Shown here piece after piece: positions 9,454 to 19,107 of a DNA stretch of 64,000 nt. The notes beneath the pieces were generated by a model, which saw only the letters and a program-made list of their open reading frames with translations, ran no database searches and was not told the origin of the DNA. Numbering within the stretch: position 1 is the first letter of the stretch; each line of letters begins with the position of its first letter. The translations under genes and the position numbers were made by a program. The DNA is from Oceanispirochaeta sp. (GTDB taxonomy: Bacteria; Spirochaetota; Spirochaetia; DSM-2461), in contig CAXXOA010000002.1 in assembly GCA_963666275.2 (NCBI GenBank), positions 1,440,001 to 1,504,000 of the forward strand, read 5' to 3'.

Positions 9454-10220
9454 TTTATCCTCCTGGAATCAAATACAGGCCCCTCTTTGCAGACCCGGGC
9501 GTACTTTTCAGGGCCAACCACCTCAATGGCACAGCCCATACAGGCTCCTACACCGCAGGCCATCATCTGTTCCATGGCTGTTTCAGAGGGGATTTCTCTC
9601 TCTTCCGCCAGGCTATGGCAGGCCAGCAGCATTCCGTGAGGACCGCAGGAGTAGAGAGAGGGTTTTGTAAAATCATCCCAGTTCAGAGATTTAAGGAATT
9701 CAACAGAGGTTCCTTTGAATCCTTCCGAACCGTCGTCAGTACAGAAATGGATCTTTCCATGGGACAGCTCGGGAAGACGGGGGATAAACTCTTTTGACCG
9801 GCAGCCGAAAATCAGACGGGGAGCAAAACCCCGATCATCCAGGTAGCGGGCAAAATAGAGGATAGGCCCCAGGCCGATCCCACCGGCAACAAGAAGGGGG
9901 GTCGATCCCTCCGCAGGCAGAGAGAACGAGTTCCCCAGAGGGCTGAGGATCTCAATATTTTTTCCCTCAGCCAGTTCAGAAAGGAGCCTTGTGGCGGGGC
10001 CTCTCACCTGATAGATGATGGAGGCCAGATTCCTTTTTTCGTCAAATCCCGAAAGGGCGAAGGGACGCCGCAGCAGGGGGGCCGGATTTTCAGACGCTTT
10101 AATCGTGAGAAACTGGCCAGGCAGAGGACGTCCTGCTTCTTCGGGCCAGGAAAAGGACATTTCCCTGTAACCCAGGGCTATCTCGTTTTGACCGAGGATT
10201 GAGGTTGTGAAGTTTTTCAT
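9444..10220 (-). CDS. pyrK: Dihydroorotate dehydrogenase electron transfer subunit
   Basis: PGQF, LRRPF, AGGIG, CGP, MACGVGACMGC...VCKEGPVF 2Fe-2S motif; overlaps pyrD; ATG at 10220 chosen. Confidence 0.95.
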   Translation of the reverse strand: MKNFTTSILGQNEIALGYREMSFSWPEEAGRPLPGQFLTIKASENPAPLLRRPFALSGFDEKRNLASIIYQVRGPATRLLSELAEGKNIEILSPLGNSFSLPAEGSTPLLVAGGIGLGPILYFARYLDDRGFAPRLIFGCRSKEFIPRLPELSHGKIHFCTDDGSEGFKGTSVEFLKSLNWDDFTKPSLYSCGPHGMLLACHSLAEEREIPSETAMEQMMACGVGACMGCAIEVVGPEKYARVCKEGPVFDSRRIKWT

Positions 10221-10224
10221 GGGT

Positions 10225-10656
10225 TCAGCCTTCCAGGATATTCTTAAGCTCTTCTGTCCTATCTTCAAACTGCTGATTCAGATAGGCCGTCAGGTTTTTT
10301 ATTTTCATGGCCGTATCCTGGCCGATGGAGTGTTCTATTTTACAGGCTTCTTCTTCCGCCAGTTCCGGATTGAGCTGGAGAGCCTGTTCCAGAAACGCTG
10401 TCAGAATCTCATGTTTGCCCAGGATTCTTCTGGCAATCTCATTGCCTTTGGGAGTCAGATTGATAAATGAGTTCTTCTCGTACTCTATCATTCCTCTGGA
10501 TTTGAGGTTTTTCAGGGCTCCTGTGACAGAAGGCATCTGTACAGAAAGCTTTTCCGCTATATCTTTTACCCGGGCCACTCTGTTCTTCTTTTCCAGCTGC
10601 AGTATTGCTTCCAGATAGTCCTCCAGGCTGGGAGTCAGTTTCAATTTTTTTTCCAT
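10225..10656 (-). CDS. DtxR/MntR-family metal-dependent repressor
   Basis: SLEDYLEAI, RVKDIA, PSVT, LTPKG, EEEACKIEH metal-binding helix. Confidence 0.92.
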   Translation of the reverse strand: MEKKLKLTPSLEDYLEAILQLEKKNRVARVKDIAEKLSVQMPSVTGALKNLKSRGMIEYEKNSFINLTPKGNEIARRILGKHEILTAFLEQALQLNPELAEEEACKIEHSIGQDTAMKIKNLTAYLNQQFEDRTEELKNILEG

Positions 10657-10715
10657 ATCTCATTCTTAGCAGATAAAAAGATTATTGACAAGGAATTGTT
10701 ATAGTCATGTCTAAT

Positions 10716-11252
10716 TTAATTAGCCTTTTTTGCCTTGCGGATACTCCAGAGAAATTCCCATTCCACATGGCGCCACCAGGGGGCTCCGCTCTCCCACTGG
10801 AGGCGGATCAGGCCGAAACGATAGGTTTTCCAGCTGGTATCTGGAGGTGCAGGGCAGATATCCGGGAGTTGGGGTTTGTATGGAAAATCTGCGGGATGCA
10901 GGAGGATTCCGTTCCAGTTGAAAAAAGGTGCATCCACAGGGACCGGGGCTGGTTTTCCATGTATGCCCCTGAGACAGGACGCCGCCCTGTCTTTCAGATC
11001 CGGGTCGGATAACTCCAGGACAATGCCCGGGGAGCTTTGGCTTATGCCTTTCAGGCTGAGATTCTCCAGAGCTTTCAATTTTTCCCTGTCCACCCTGTCG
11101 GGAGGAAAAAAACCTGAGAATCCCGCCAGAGGGACCATGAGCGGGAGGGGGTAGGCGAAACCGAACTGTTTCTGCATAGTATGGAGATATTTTTCAACCG
11201 GTCCTTCACTGCCTTCAGCAAACAGGAGGGCGGTGATATACTGAAATTCCAT
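10716..11252 (-). CDS. Hypothetical protein
   Basis: 178-aa ORF filling the gap, co-oriented with the regulator; no motif recognised. Confidence 0.55.
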   Translation of the reverse strand: MEFQYITALLFAEGSEGPVEKYLHTMQKQFGFAYPLPLMVPLAGFSGFFPPDRVDREKLKALENLSLKGISQSSPGIVLELSDPDLKDRAASCLRGIHGKPAPVPVDAPFFNWNGILLHPADFPYKPQLPDICPAPPDTSWKTYRFGLIRLQWESGAPWWRHVEWEFLWSIRKAKKAN

Positions 11253-11279
11253 TTTTACATTGTAGAATGAGGATTCTAT

Positions 11280-12812
11280 TTGGAAAAGAGAGCATCTTTA
11301 ATATTACTATTTCTGATCGCAGCACATCTTGCCGGGCAGGAGGCGGGGTTCCCGGTCAGCGATCATTCCTATATCCCCATGGGTATTGAAAATCCCTCTG
11401 TTTCTCCCCTTCCTGCGGCCCCATTTGAACAGAACACCCGTGGGGTTCTCCGTTTTTATCCCCCTCTGGAGGGGCAGAAGACCAGGGCTCTCAGTCTTAC
11501 AGTTCCGGAGAGTCTTCCCCGGACCGTTTTTTTTCTCAGCGATCAGGGAACTATTCCTGTCAATCTCTCGGGTTTACCCCGGGGAACGGTTCTCTCCATC
11601 CGGATTCCCGACAGTATGATCCTCCGGGGGCTCTCCTATTCTGAACCATTTCCCCCGCCCCGGGCGTTTGTGGAACTCCCGTCACAGGAGTCTCCTGAAA
11701 CAGGGCTTTTTATCGATCTTGACGCACCGGAAAGTCTTATCTACCGCCTTCCCCCGGATCTGCAGGCGGGGAAATCAGTCCTTTCTCTGAAAGTCCTGGC
11801 CTCCGGGAATTTAACCGTCACAGGCCCTGATGCTCTGCCTTTAAAGATAAAGGCCCGGGCAACCGAGCAGTCTCTGAGCCTGTTCAACCGCAACGGGAGT
11901 TCTGAATGGATTCTGGCGCCTCTGGAGAGCATCGGGGATCTCTCCTCTGCTACAGAAGAGCTTCCTTCCTTCCCGAATCCTCTGCCGGGGAACCTTTCGG
12001 ATATTCTCAATACACCGGCAGAAACCTGGAGAAACAGGGATTTTGAGCTTTACAGGTGGAATGACTTTCCCCGAATCCTGATCTGGGACTGTCTGGACTA
12101 TGATATACAGAACCGGTTCTTCCGGAGGCTCTCCTATTTTGTCGAGAAGAAGGGTTTCCGCGGATCCCTGATGACCAACAGGGAGCTTCAGGGACTCCAT
12201 GGCTGGAATGCCCACGACTACAGGCCCGAAGATCTGGCGGAATTCTACAATCTCGCGGAAAGTCAGGATTTTCCTCTTTACAAAGAAGAGTGGCTAATGC
12301 GTGATATCCTCGTCTCCCGGGGGATGCTTGTTAGAAATACCGGTGGAACCCTCTCTCCCGGAGAGGGCGCTGTCATCTCTATCTCACGGGAATCCTCCGC
12401 CGTTCTGAGGGAGCGTTTTCTCATTCATGAAGCCTCCCACGGTCTCTATTTTACAAGCGCCGAATACAGAGCCTTTTCGGCCCGTTTATGGGAGGGAATG
12501 ACTGAGGAGGACCGGAACATGTGGCGCTTTTTTCTGGGCTGGTACGGCTATGATCCCGCAGATGAAGACCTTATGATCAATGAGTTTCAGGCCTATCTTG
12601 TCCAGCAGAAAAAAGAGGTCGCCCCGGAGTATTTTAATATCCGGCTTTCCAACCTGATAGGTCTCTATCCCGGGCAGAGAGGCCTTCTGGAGAACGGAAC
12701 AGGCGGCAACAGTGAAAAATTCGAGCTCTGGTCCAGTCTTTTCAGCCACTGGCTCAGGGAAAAGTGGGGCATTGAGGCGGGCGATTTTTTCCGTCTGTAT
12801 AAGGATTTGTGA
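11280..12812 (+). CDS. Exported hypothetical protein with HExxH (zincin-like) motif
   Basis: Signal-peptide-like N-terminus; FFRRLSYFVEKKGFRG...HGWNAHDY block; HEASH plus downstream INEFQAY. Confidence 0.7.
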   Translation: MEKRASLILLFLIAAHLAGQEAGFPVSDHSYIPMGIENPSVSPLPAAPFEQNTRGVLRFYPPLEGQKTRALSLTVPESLPRTVFFLSDQGTIPVNLSGLPRGTVLSIRIPDSMILRGLSYSEPFPPPRAFVELPSQESPETGLFIDLDAPESLIYRLPPDLQAGKSVLSLKVLASGNLTVTGPDALPLKIKARATEQSLSLFNRNGSSEWILAPLESIGDLSSATEELPSFPNPLPGNLSDILNTPAETWRNRDFELYRWNDFPRILIWDCLDYDIQNRFFRRLSYFVEKKGFRGSLMTNRELQGLHGWNAHDYRPEDLAEFYNLAESQDFPLYKEEWLMRDILVSRGMLVRNTGGTLSPGEGAVISISRESSAVLRERFLIHEASHGLYFTSAEYRAFSARLWEGMTEEDRNMWRFFLGWYGYDPADEDLMINEFQAYLVQQKKEVAPEYFNIRLSNLIGLYPGQRGLLENGTGGNSEKFELWSSLFSHWLREKWGIEAGDFFRLYKDL

Positions 12813-12933
12813 CAAAAAAATCCCATGGGGAGAATTAATACGAAATCCTTCTGATTTCGGGTTTACATAGTTTTAGCAATTTGTTATATTTCTTCACGCT
12901 CAATCAAGAATGAAGCAAAGGTAGGAAATAGAT

Positions 12934-13161
12934 ATGTCTCGAAAATGCGAAATCTGTGGAAAAGGAACAGTCGCGGGACACAGTGTACCTCGGAAGGGTC
13001 TTCCGAAAAAGAAAGGCGGAGCTGGACAGCACATCGGTGTTAAGTCTAAAAGAACCTTCAAGCCTAACCTTTTGAAGGTGAAAGCTCTTGTTGCCGGTAC
13101 ACCTAAGTCCATGAAAGTCTGTACCAGATGCCTCAAATCCGGTAAGGTAGTTAAGGCGTAA
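12934..13161 (+). CDS. rpmB: 50S ribosomal protein L28 (Cys-containing form)
   Basis: MSRKCEICGK...SKRTFKPNL...KVCTRCLKSG. Confidence 0.96.
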   Translation: MSRKCEICGKGTVAGHSVPRKGLPKKKGGAGQHIGVKSKRTFKPNLLKVKALVAGTPKSMKVCTRCLKSGKVVKA

Positions 13162-13918
13162 CAGTAATGATCTGCCCGTCGTAGGCGGGCTCAACATTCA
13201 AATCGGTCAGTTCCTTTTTTAAAGTGAAGTGATCTACTTCATGACAGATATGTGTCAGATAAGCCCTTCCGGGGCTTATTTTTTTTATAACTTCCAGAGC
13301 CTGGGGAATTGAGAAATGGGTTGCATGCGGTTTATACCGGAGGGCGCCGATCACAAGGCAGTCCAGTCCCGAGAGTAATTTGATCGACTCTTCGGGAATA
13401 AAACTGCAGTCGGTTATATAGGCGAAACCGCCTATGCGGTAACCCAGGACGGGGAGGTTTCCATGCATCACGGGAATCGGCTGTATTTCAAGGTCTTCGA
13501 CAGTGAAGGCAGCCTCTCCTATGGTATTTAATGCTATTCTCGGGGTTCCTCCGGCTTTCTGAAAAGGCGCGGCAAAAATATAGGGGAATCTTTCGCGGAT
13601 TTCTCCGCACACATCCTCCCGGGCGTAAACAGGAACTTCCCTGTAGTAGCTGAAGGGCCGTATATCGTCCAGGCCGTGGAGATGATCCGCATGGGCATGA
13701 GTGTAGAGAATGCCGCTGATAACGGAAATATTCGCTTTCAGCGCCTGGAGCCTGAACTCGGTAGCTGTATCAATAAGGATTCCCGTACCCCGGTGCTCCA
13801 CATAAACAGAACAGCGGGATCTCTGATTTTCTCTGACCGTTGACCGGCAGACATCGCAATGACAGTTAACGACCGGAACCCCGTGAGAGGTTCCCGTGCC
13901 CAGGATCTTCACATTCAT
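13151..13918 (-). CDS. MBL-fold metallo-hydrolase (PhnP/YycJ-like)
   Basis: LGTGTSHGVP, CHCDVC, THAHADHLHGLDD, AYITDC, THICH, AYDG. Confidence 0.92.
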   Translation of the reverse strand: MNVKILGTGTSHGVPVVNCHCDVCRSTVRENQRSRCSVYVEHRGTGILIDTATEFRLQALKANISVISGILYTHAHADHLHGLDDIRPFSYYREVPVYAREDVCGEIRERFPYIFAAPFQKAGGTPRIALNTIGEAAFTVEDLEIQPIPVMHGNLPVLGYRIGGFAYITDCSFIPEESIKLLSGLDCLVIGALRYKPHATHFSIPQALEVIKKISPGRAYLTHICHEVDHFTLKKELTDLNVEPAYDGQIITVTP

Positions 13919-14051
13919 ATAGTATTCATCCTAGCAGATACCTCTTTGTGGAGGAAGACCCGGTTTAAAATAAAAATGGTCTTTGACTTAATGGTTTTTT
14001 ACTGTACTCTGAATAACGAACGAAGCTTTTTTTGCGGTCTGAATCCGGGAG

Positions 14052-16859
14052 ATGACAAAGGAAATAATGGAACATTCGATTTCTTTAAAAAAATGGTATT
14101 TACAGATCTTGCTGCCTCTTCTGTTCCTCCTTTTTTTTGTCAGTATTACTCTCGTGATGGGGGCAACCGCCCATTCCATGAAGCAGCAGACCGGTGAAGT
14201 CCGCAAACTGATCAAGAATGTCATTACAATCAATCTGAACGTCCTGCAGGATATAAACATGGTCTATGATGCCATGCTTGGCGAACAGATCCGGGACAAA
14301 CTATCGGATTTTCGCGAGGCCTTTCATCAGGCGGGAGATAATCCGGACAGGATGGATCTGTTCAGCCTGAAAAACCGCTGGGGTTCCGAGTGGGATCTCT
14401 ATCTGATCGATTCCAGGCAAACCATCATCGATACAACCTATCTTTCCGACCAGGGACTGGACTTCCGGGACGTCTCGGAGGATTTTGCACAGAAACTGGA
14501 TGCCATCAGAAAACAGGGCCGTCCTGTGCTGGATAAAATCACCCACGAAAGCTTCGGTGAACACTGGCGGAAATTCGGGTATCTGGCTTCCAAGGGAGGG
14601 GAGTATCTTCTGGAAGTGGGGATGACCATCCCTATGGATGAGCCTCTCTACTACCCCATCAATCCCGAGTATATCGGAGAGCTCTACCGGAATGGCAACA
14701 GTGATCAGGTCAATGTGGAGATCTATCAGCTTGCCCAGCTGGAGGAGCTGACTGAGTTGGGACAGATCCGGCAGGAAATGCTGGACCGGGGAGAAGTCTA
14801 CAGGGAAGAGTGGAGCTGGAAAGAGGGAAGCCTGAACTGCTATCTCAACTATGTTCAGCCCGAACAGGAGGATTATCCCTCAATTGAGGAGTATTTCGTT
14901 ACCCTCCAGTATCCTCTTGAACTATACAGACAGCAGTGGACCCAGAGGGGTCTGATCTCAACAGTTCTTATTTCGGTTATCCTTCTGATAGGTTTCTTTT
15001 CAATATTGCGAATCATAAAGTCTCTGACTGTCCCCATTGAGAGGATGGTTGAAGATGTGACAACCATAGCCAGAGGGAACTGGTCTCATTCAATAAGAGA
15101 GCCCCGTGCCCGGGAGTTCCAGAAAATCAAGCTCTCGGTGGAGCATCTTGTCCTGGCGCTTCTCAATGAAAAAGCCTCGGTGGAAATCAGCGAGAGGCAG
15201 TACCGTCTGGCCCTGGAAGCGTCCCGGGATGCCATCTTTGAATGGTTTCCCCGGGAGCACTATCTCTATTTTTCCGATAACCTGGAGGATATTCTGGGGG
15301 TTTCATCCGGAGCCCTGCAGGGGCGCCTTCTGGAACAGTGGTTTTACAATCTCTTCACAACCGACAGCCTGAACATGTGGAAAAACACCATCAGGCAGAT
15401 CCTGGCAAAAGAGATCCGCCGGGTTAACATGGATATGCAGCTGAAAACCCTGGAGGGGGAGAAATGGCTGCTCCTGAGAGGCGCTGTGGAAGAGGAGGAC
15501 GGCCAGCTCAGGATTATCGGTATCCTGGCGGATATCTCCCTGTCCAAGAAAAGGGAACAGACTATTGAGACCCTGGCGTATACGGACTCTGTGTCCGGTA
15601 GGAAGAATCTCCTGGATTTCTATAAGAACCCCTATATTTTTCATGAGGAGAAAGCTGTCTGCGGATTTGCCATTGTCAATCTGGATGATTTTACACGGAT
15701 CAATACGACCTTCGGGCATGTGGTCGGGAACAGCGTTATCAGGGAGTTCTGCCTGAAAATTGAAGAAATAGCTGCAGAGCTCCATCAGGAGGAAAGCTGG
15801 TCCCTCTATCATATGAACATGGATAATATACTCCTTGTTTTCGAGGGTTTCTCCCAGCAGCGGACAGCGAAAAAGAGGATCATCCAGCTCTTTGACAGGC
15901 TCTGCAAAGGGATCTATCTGGCTCTGGAACGGGAGTTCTATTTCACTGTGTCCATAGGAGCGGTCGTGGCCAACTGCCGGATACAGAAAGAGAAGGAAGA
16001 CCTTGTCAGAAAAGCGGATATTGCCCTCCTTCAGGCCAAATCCCAGGGAAAGAACTCCCTTGTCTTCTACAAGTCAGAGTTTTCCTCGGGGTTTAAAGAT
16101 ACCTACAATATGATTCATCACATATGGGAGAACCTCCATAGCGATTCTCTCAGGATGGTTTATCAGCCCATTGTGGACTCCACAGGAAAAGATCCCGTTG
16201 GTTTTGAAGCCCTCCTCCGGATCGGTCAGGATAACCGGATTTCGCCGGCTGTCTATATTAAGGCCTCCGAAGATTCAGGGCTCATCCACCTCCTGGGATC
16301 CTGGATCATTCAGGAGTGTTTCCGGCAGGCAAAGGAGCTTCTGGACCGGAACCGGTCTTTCCGTTATGTGAGTGTGAATATTTCTCCCCTACAGTTCCGG
16401 GAACTGGATTTTGCCCGCAGTCTGGGCCGGATGTGCCGGGAATCGGGGATCCCTCCGGAAAAGATCCAGATAGAAATCACCGAAACCGCACTAATGGAGT
16501 CCGCAGAGAGGATGATCGGTTCCATCCGGACCCTTAAAGAGGCGGGATTCCGTATTGCTCTGGACGATTTCGGAACAGGCTACTCCTCTCTGGACTACCT
16601 GGCCCATCTTCCCATTGACGCGATCAAGATTGAAAAGAAAATGACCACAGAGGTTCAGCAGGATCTGAAAGTCCGGCGGGTGGTCACTCTGATCCTGCAA
16701 ATAGCCCGGGAACTTTCTCTGGAGGTCATCGCCGAAGGCGTGGAGGACTGGGAGCATGTCCGCTGGATGGTCGATCATGGCTGCAACCATCATCAGGGAT
16801 ACTATTACAGTAAGCCTCTGGATGCTGATTCTATAGACAACTACCTGTCGAGCAGATAA
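14052..16859 (+). CDS. Membrane sensor: periplasmic domain-HAMP-PAS-degenerate GGDEF-EAL (probable c-di-GMP phosphodiesterase)
   Basis: Two TM segments, HAMP-like TVPIERM..., PAS-like region, GGDEF replaced by NMDNI, intact FEALLR, SVN, EITE, DDFGTGYSS, EGVE, QGYY. Confidence 0.9.
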   Translation: MTKEIMEHSISLKKWYLQILLPLLFLLFFVSITLVMGATAHSMKQQTGEVRKLIKNVITINLNVLQDINMVYDAMLGEQIRDKLSDFREAFHQAGDNPDRMDLFSLKNRWGSEWDLYLIDSRQTIIDTTYLSDQGLDFRDVSEDFAQKLDAIRKQGRPVLDKITHESFGEHWRKFGYLASKGGEYLLEVGMTIPMDEPLYYPINPEYIGELYRNGNSDQVNVEIYQLAQLEELTELGQIRQEMLDRGEVYREEWSWKEGSLNCYLNYVQPEQEDYPSIEEYFVTLQYPLELYRQQWTQRGLISTVLISVILLIGFFSILRIIKSLTVPIERMVEDVTTIARGNWSHSIREPRAREFQKIKLSVEHLVLALLNEKASVEISERQYRLALEASRDAIFEWFPREHYLYFSDNLEDILGVSSGALQGRLLEQWFYNLFTTDSLNMWKNTIRQILAKEIRRVNMDMQLKTLEGEKWLLLRGAVEEEDGQLRIIGILADISLSKKREQTIETLAYTDSVSGRKNLLDFYKNPYIFHEEKAVCGFAIVNLDDFTRINTTFGHVVGNSVIREFCLKIEEIAAELHQEESWSLYHMNMDNILLVFEGFSQQRTAKKRIIQLFDRLCKGIYLALEREFYFTVSIGAVVANCRIQKEKEDLVRKADIALLQAKSQGKNSLVFYKSEFSSGFKDTYNMIHHIWENLHSDSLRMVYQPIVDSTGKDPVGFEALLRIGQDNRISPAVYIKASEDSGLIHLLGSWIIQECFRQAKELLDRNRSFRYVSVNISPLQFRELDFARSLGRMCRESGIPPEKIQIEITETALMESAERMIGSIRTLKEAGFRIALDDFGTGYSSLDYLAHLPIDAIKIEKKMTTEVQQDLKVRRVVTLILQIARELSLEVIAEGVEDWEHVRWMVDHGCNHHQGYYYSKPLDADSIDNYLSSR

Positions 16860-16938
16860 TTATTGCCCTAAGCTGTATCAGGAACAAATGTTTTGTGCTA
16901 ATATTGCTGTATAATTAAAAGTAGAAAGAGGGTTATAA

Positions 16939-19107
16939 GTGAAGTCCTTTTCCCGACCCGAAAAAACAGTGCTCTTTTTTGTCCTCATTTGTTCTGCCTT
17001 CAGCCTTTCCGGACAGGAACCGGTTACCCGTAATTTCGGTGTAGATTATAACGACAAGTACAGATCTCCCTTTGCGATAGGGGTAGAGTATCAGAGCCTT
17101 AATCCTATCTCCCAGAGCTATTCCGAGGAGTACAGGTATACGGACCTGGCCGTCAGCGGTAAATACTCCTTTGAGAATTATCCCGTCATTCAGCCATTTG
17201 CCAGCATGGGGCTCCAGCTGGTAGCTCCTCTTGTTGCCAGTAATGAGTTAACCGATGCCAAGCGTTTTTCCCATAATCTGTTTTACGGAACCCTGGGAGT
17301 GACCTATGCCACCAAGATGAATAAGCAGCTTGAAGTGGGAGCTGACTACTATCTGGGCCTGGGACAGGCCGTGTATTCGGATATAGATCAGGTGAATAAC
17401 GAAACAAAAGGAACCATGGAGTTCTTAACCGGCCTGGGAGGGCATGCCGCTTTCAATCTCAGTTACAACCTGAGTCTGAGTGTTCATCCTACACTGCGGT
17501 ACCGCCGGTCCTTCTCTCCCCTTGACCGATACAACGGACTCTCTTTCGGACTGGGATTCAGTGCGGCCTACAGGGTGGGGGAAGATCCCGATGCCCCTCA
17601 GGCGGAGCTCCGGAGTATCAAATTCGGTCAGCTGGAGCTGCCTCCTCTATTTGCGTCTATGCAGAGTTTTTATGCCAGGAATCCCATTGCGGAGATTCAG
17701 ATAACCAATATTGAGAAGCATCCCATACAGGATGTGAATATTCAGTTCATGCAGGCCGGTTTTATGGATGCCCCCACAAAAGCCGACAGCATTTCCGAAC
17801 TGGCTCCCGGGGAGTCCGCGTCGATTCCCATCTATGCCGCCTACAATCAGGAGGTTTTCTCCACCGAGGGAATTACTCCTCTTGTGGGAGAAATTCAGGT
17901 GGAGTATCTCTCCAGGGGCAATGTGGGAAATCAGATCATGACGGTTTCCTATGACCTCTACGATAAAGAATCCCTGACCTGGGATGATGACCGAAAGATG
18001 GCCGCCTATATCACTCCTTCCGATTCGGCTCTGCGGAACTATGCCAGCTTTGTCCGTCAGAGTTCCAAGGATGTGGAGAACCCCGGTCTGAACAGCTCCC
18101 TCCAGACGGGCCTGCAGATCTACTACGGCCTGACTGAAATAGGAACTATCTATCAGAAAGACCCCACATCGCCCTTTGATGCGGCCCAGGAAAATCCCCT
18201 GGTGATTGACGCGGTCAGTCTGCCCCGGAGTACCCTGAAGAGGGGAACCGGAGACTGTGATGACCTTACCGCCCTTTACTGCAGCCTTATGGAGTCGGTG
18301 GGAATCAAAACAGCTTTTATTACCACCCCCGGACATATCTATGCTGCCTTCAATACAGGAGAAGAGGCCCGTAACTATCAGCTGATTCATCCCGATAAAA
18401 ATATGACACTGAACATAGAAGGGGAACTCTGGGTTCCCGTGGAAATCACGATGATCGGTTCCGCCGGTTTCGCCGCCGCCTGGAAAGTGGGGGCCGATGA
18501 GTTCAACCGCTATGAGGATTCTCCGGAAAAACGGGGTCTCTTTCTGACAGGGGAAGCTCAGGAGATCTACCGGCCCGTCGGACTGAAAGAGACCGACCTG
18601 GGGCTCCAGTACGGTGAAAAAGCCGTGATAGCCAGAGCTGTTTCTGCTGAGACAAACAGCCTGGTGAACAGTATTGTCGATGCCTACGACCAGGAAGCCC
18701 GGCAGAAGGACAGCAAGAGTGCCTATAATCAGCTGGGAACCATCTGCGCCCAGTTCGGTCTGTACAACCGGGCCGAGCAGGCCTTCAACTATGCCCTGGC
18801 TCTGGACAGGAACTTCCTGCCCTCCAAGATGAATCTGGCCAATGTCTACTTTATGAAAGGTCAGTATCAGAATGCCCTGCGGCTCTATCATAATGTAGAG
18901 CAGGACTATCTGAGCAATAACAGAACAGCCTCTTCAGCCTATGCAAGGGTCATACTCAATCTGGCCCGCAGCTACTATGAGCTGGAGAATTTTGATAAAT
19001 CCTATGAATACGCCCAGATCCTTCGGGAAACCAGTCCCGATCTTCTGAGAAACTACTCCTATCTTGAGGATAACGGCGGGTCCGTGCTGACCGAGGAATC
19101 GCCATGA
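16939..19107 (+). CDS. Exported protein: putative small beta-barrel, Ig-like domain, transglutaminase-like Cys domain, TPR
   Basis: Signal peptide; alternating beta-strand pattern (residues about 45-215); GDCDD...PGHIY...WVPVE triad; AYNQLG/MNLANVY/LNLARSY TPR-like helices. Confidence 0.75.
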   Translation: MKSFSRPEKTVLFFVLICSAFSLSGQEPVTRNFGVDYNDKYRSPFAIGVEYQSLNPISQSYSEEYRYTDLAVSGKYSFENYPVIQPFASMGLQLVAPLVASNELTDAKRFSHNLFYGTLGVTYATKMNKQLEVGADYYLGLGQAVYSDIDQVNNETKGTMEFLTGLGGHAAFNLSYNLSLSVHPTLRYRRSFSPLDRYNGLSFGLGFSAAYRVGEDPDAPQAELRSIKFGQLELPPLFASMQSFYARNPIAEIQITNIEKHPIQDVNIQFMQAGFMDAPTKADSISELAPGESASIPIYAAYNQEVFSTEGITPLVGEIQVEYLSRGNVGNQIMTVSYDLYDKESLTWDDDRKMAAYITPSDSALRNYASFVRQSSKDVENPGLNSSLQTGLQIYYGLTEIGTIYQKDPTSPFDAAQENPLVIDAVSLPRSTLKRGTGDCDDLTALYCSLMESVGIKTAFITTPGHIYAAFNTGEEARNYQLIHPDKNMTLNIEGELWVPVEITMIGSAGFAAAWKVGADEFNRYEDSPEKRGLFLTGEAQEIYRPVGLKETDLGLQYGEKAVIARAVSAETNSLVNSIVDAYDQEARQKDSKSAYNQLGTICAQFGLYNRAEQAFNYALALDRNFLPSKMNLANVYFMKGQYQNALRLYHNVEQDYLSNNRTASSAYARVILNLARSYYELENFDKSYEYAQILRETSPDLLRNYSYLEDNGGSVLTEESP

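Noticed and set aside
10657..10715. DtxR/MntR operator
   Set aside because: No convincing palindrome found
15550..16070. Active diguanylate cyclase domain
   Set aside because: The GGDEF signature is replaced by NMDNI and the first metal-binding Asp by Asn
17647..18891. Long antisense ORFs (also 29637-30572, 41565-42497, 52130-53209, 53305-54552 and others)
   Set aside because: Shadows on the opposite strand of well-supported genes, with no recognisable motifs
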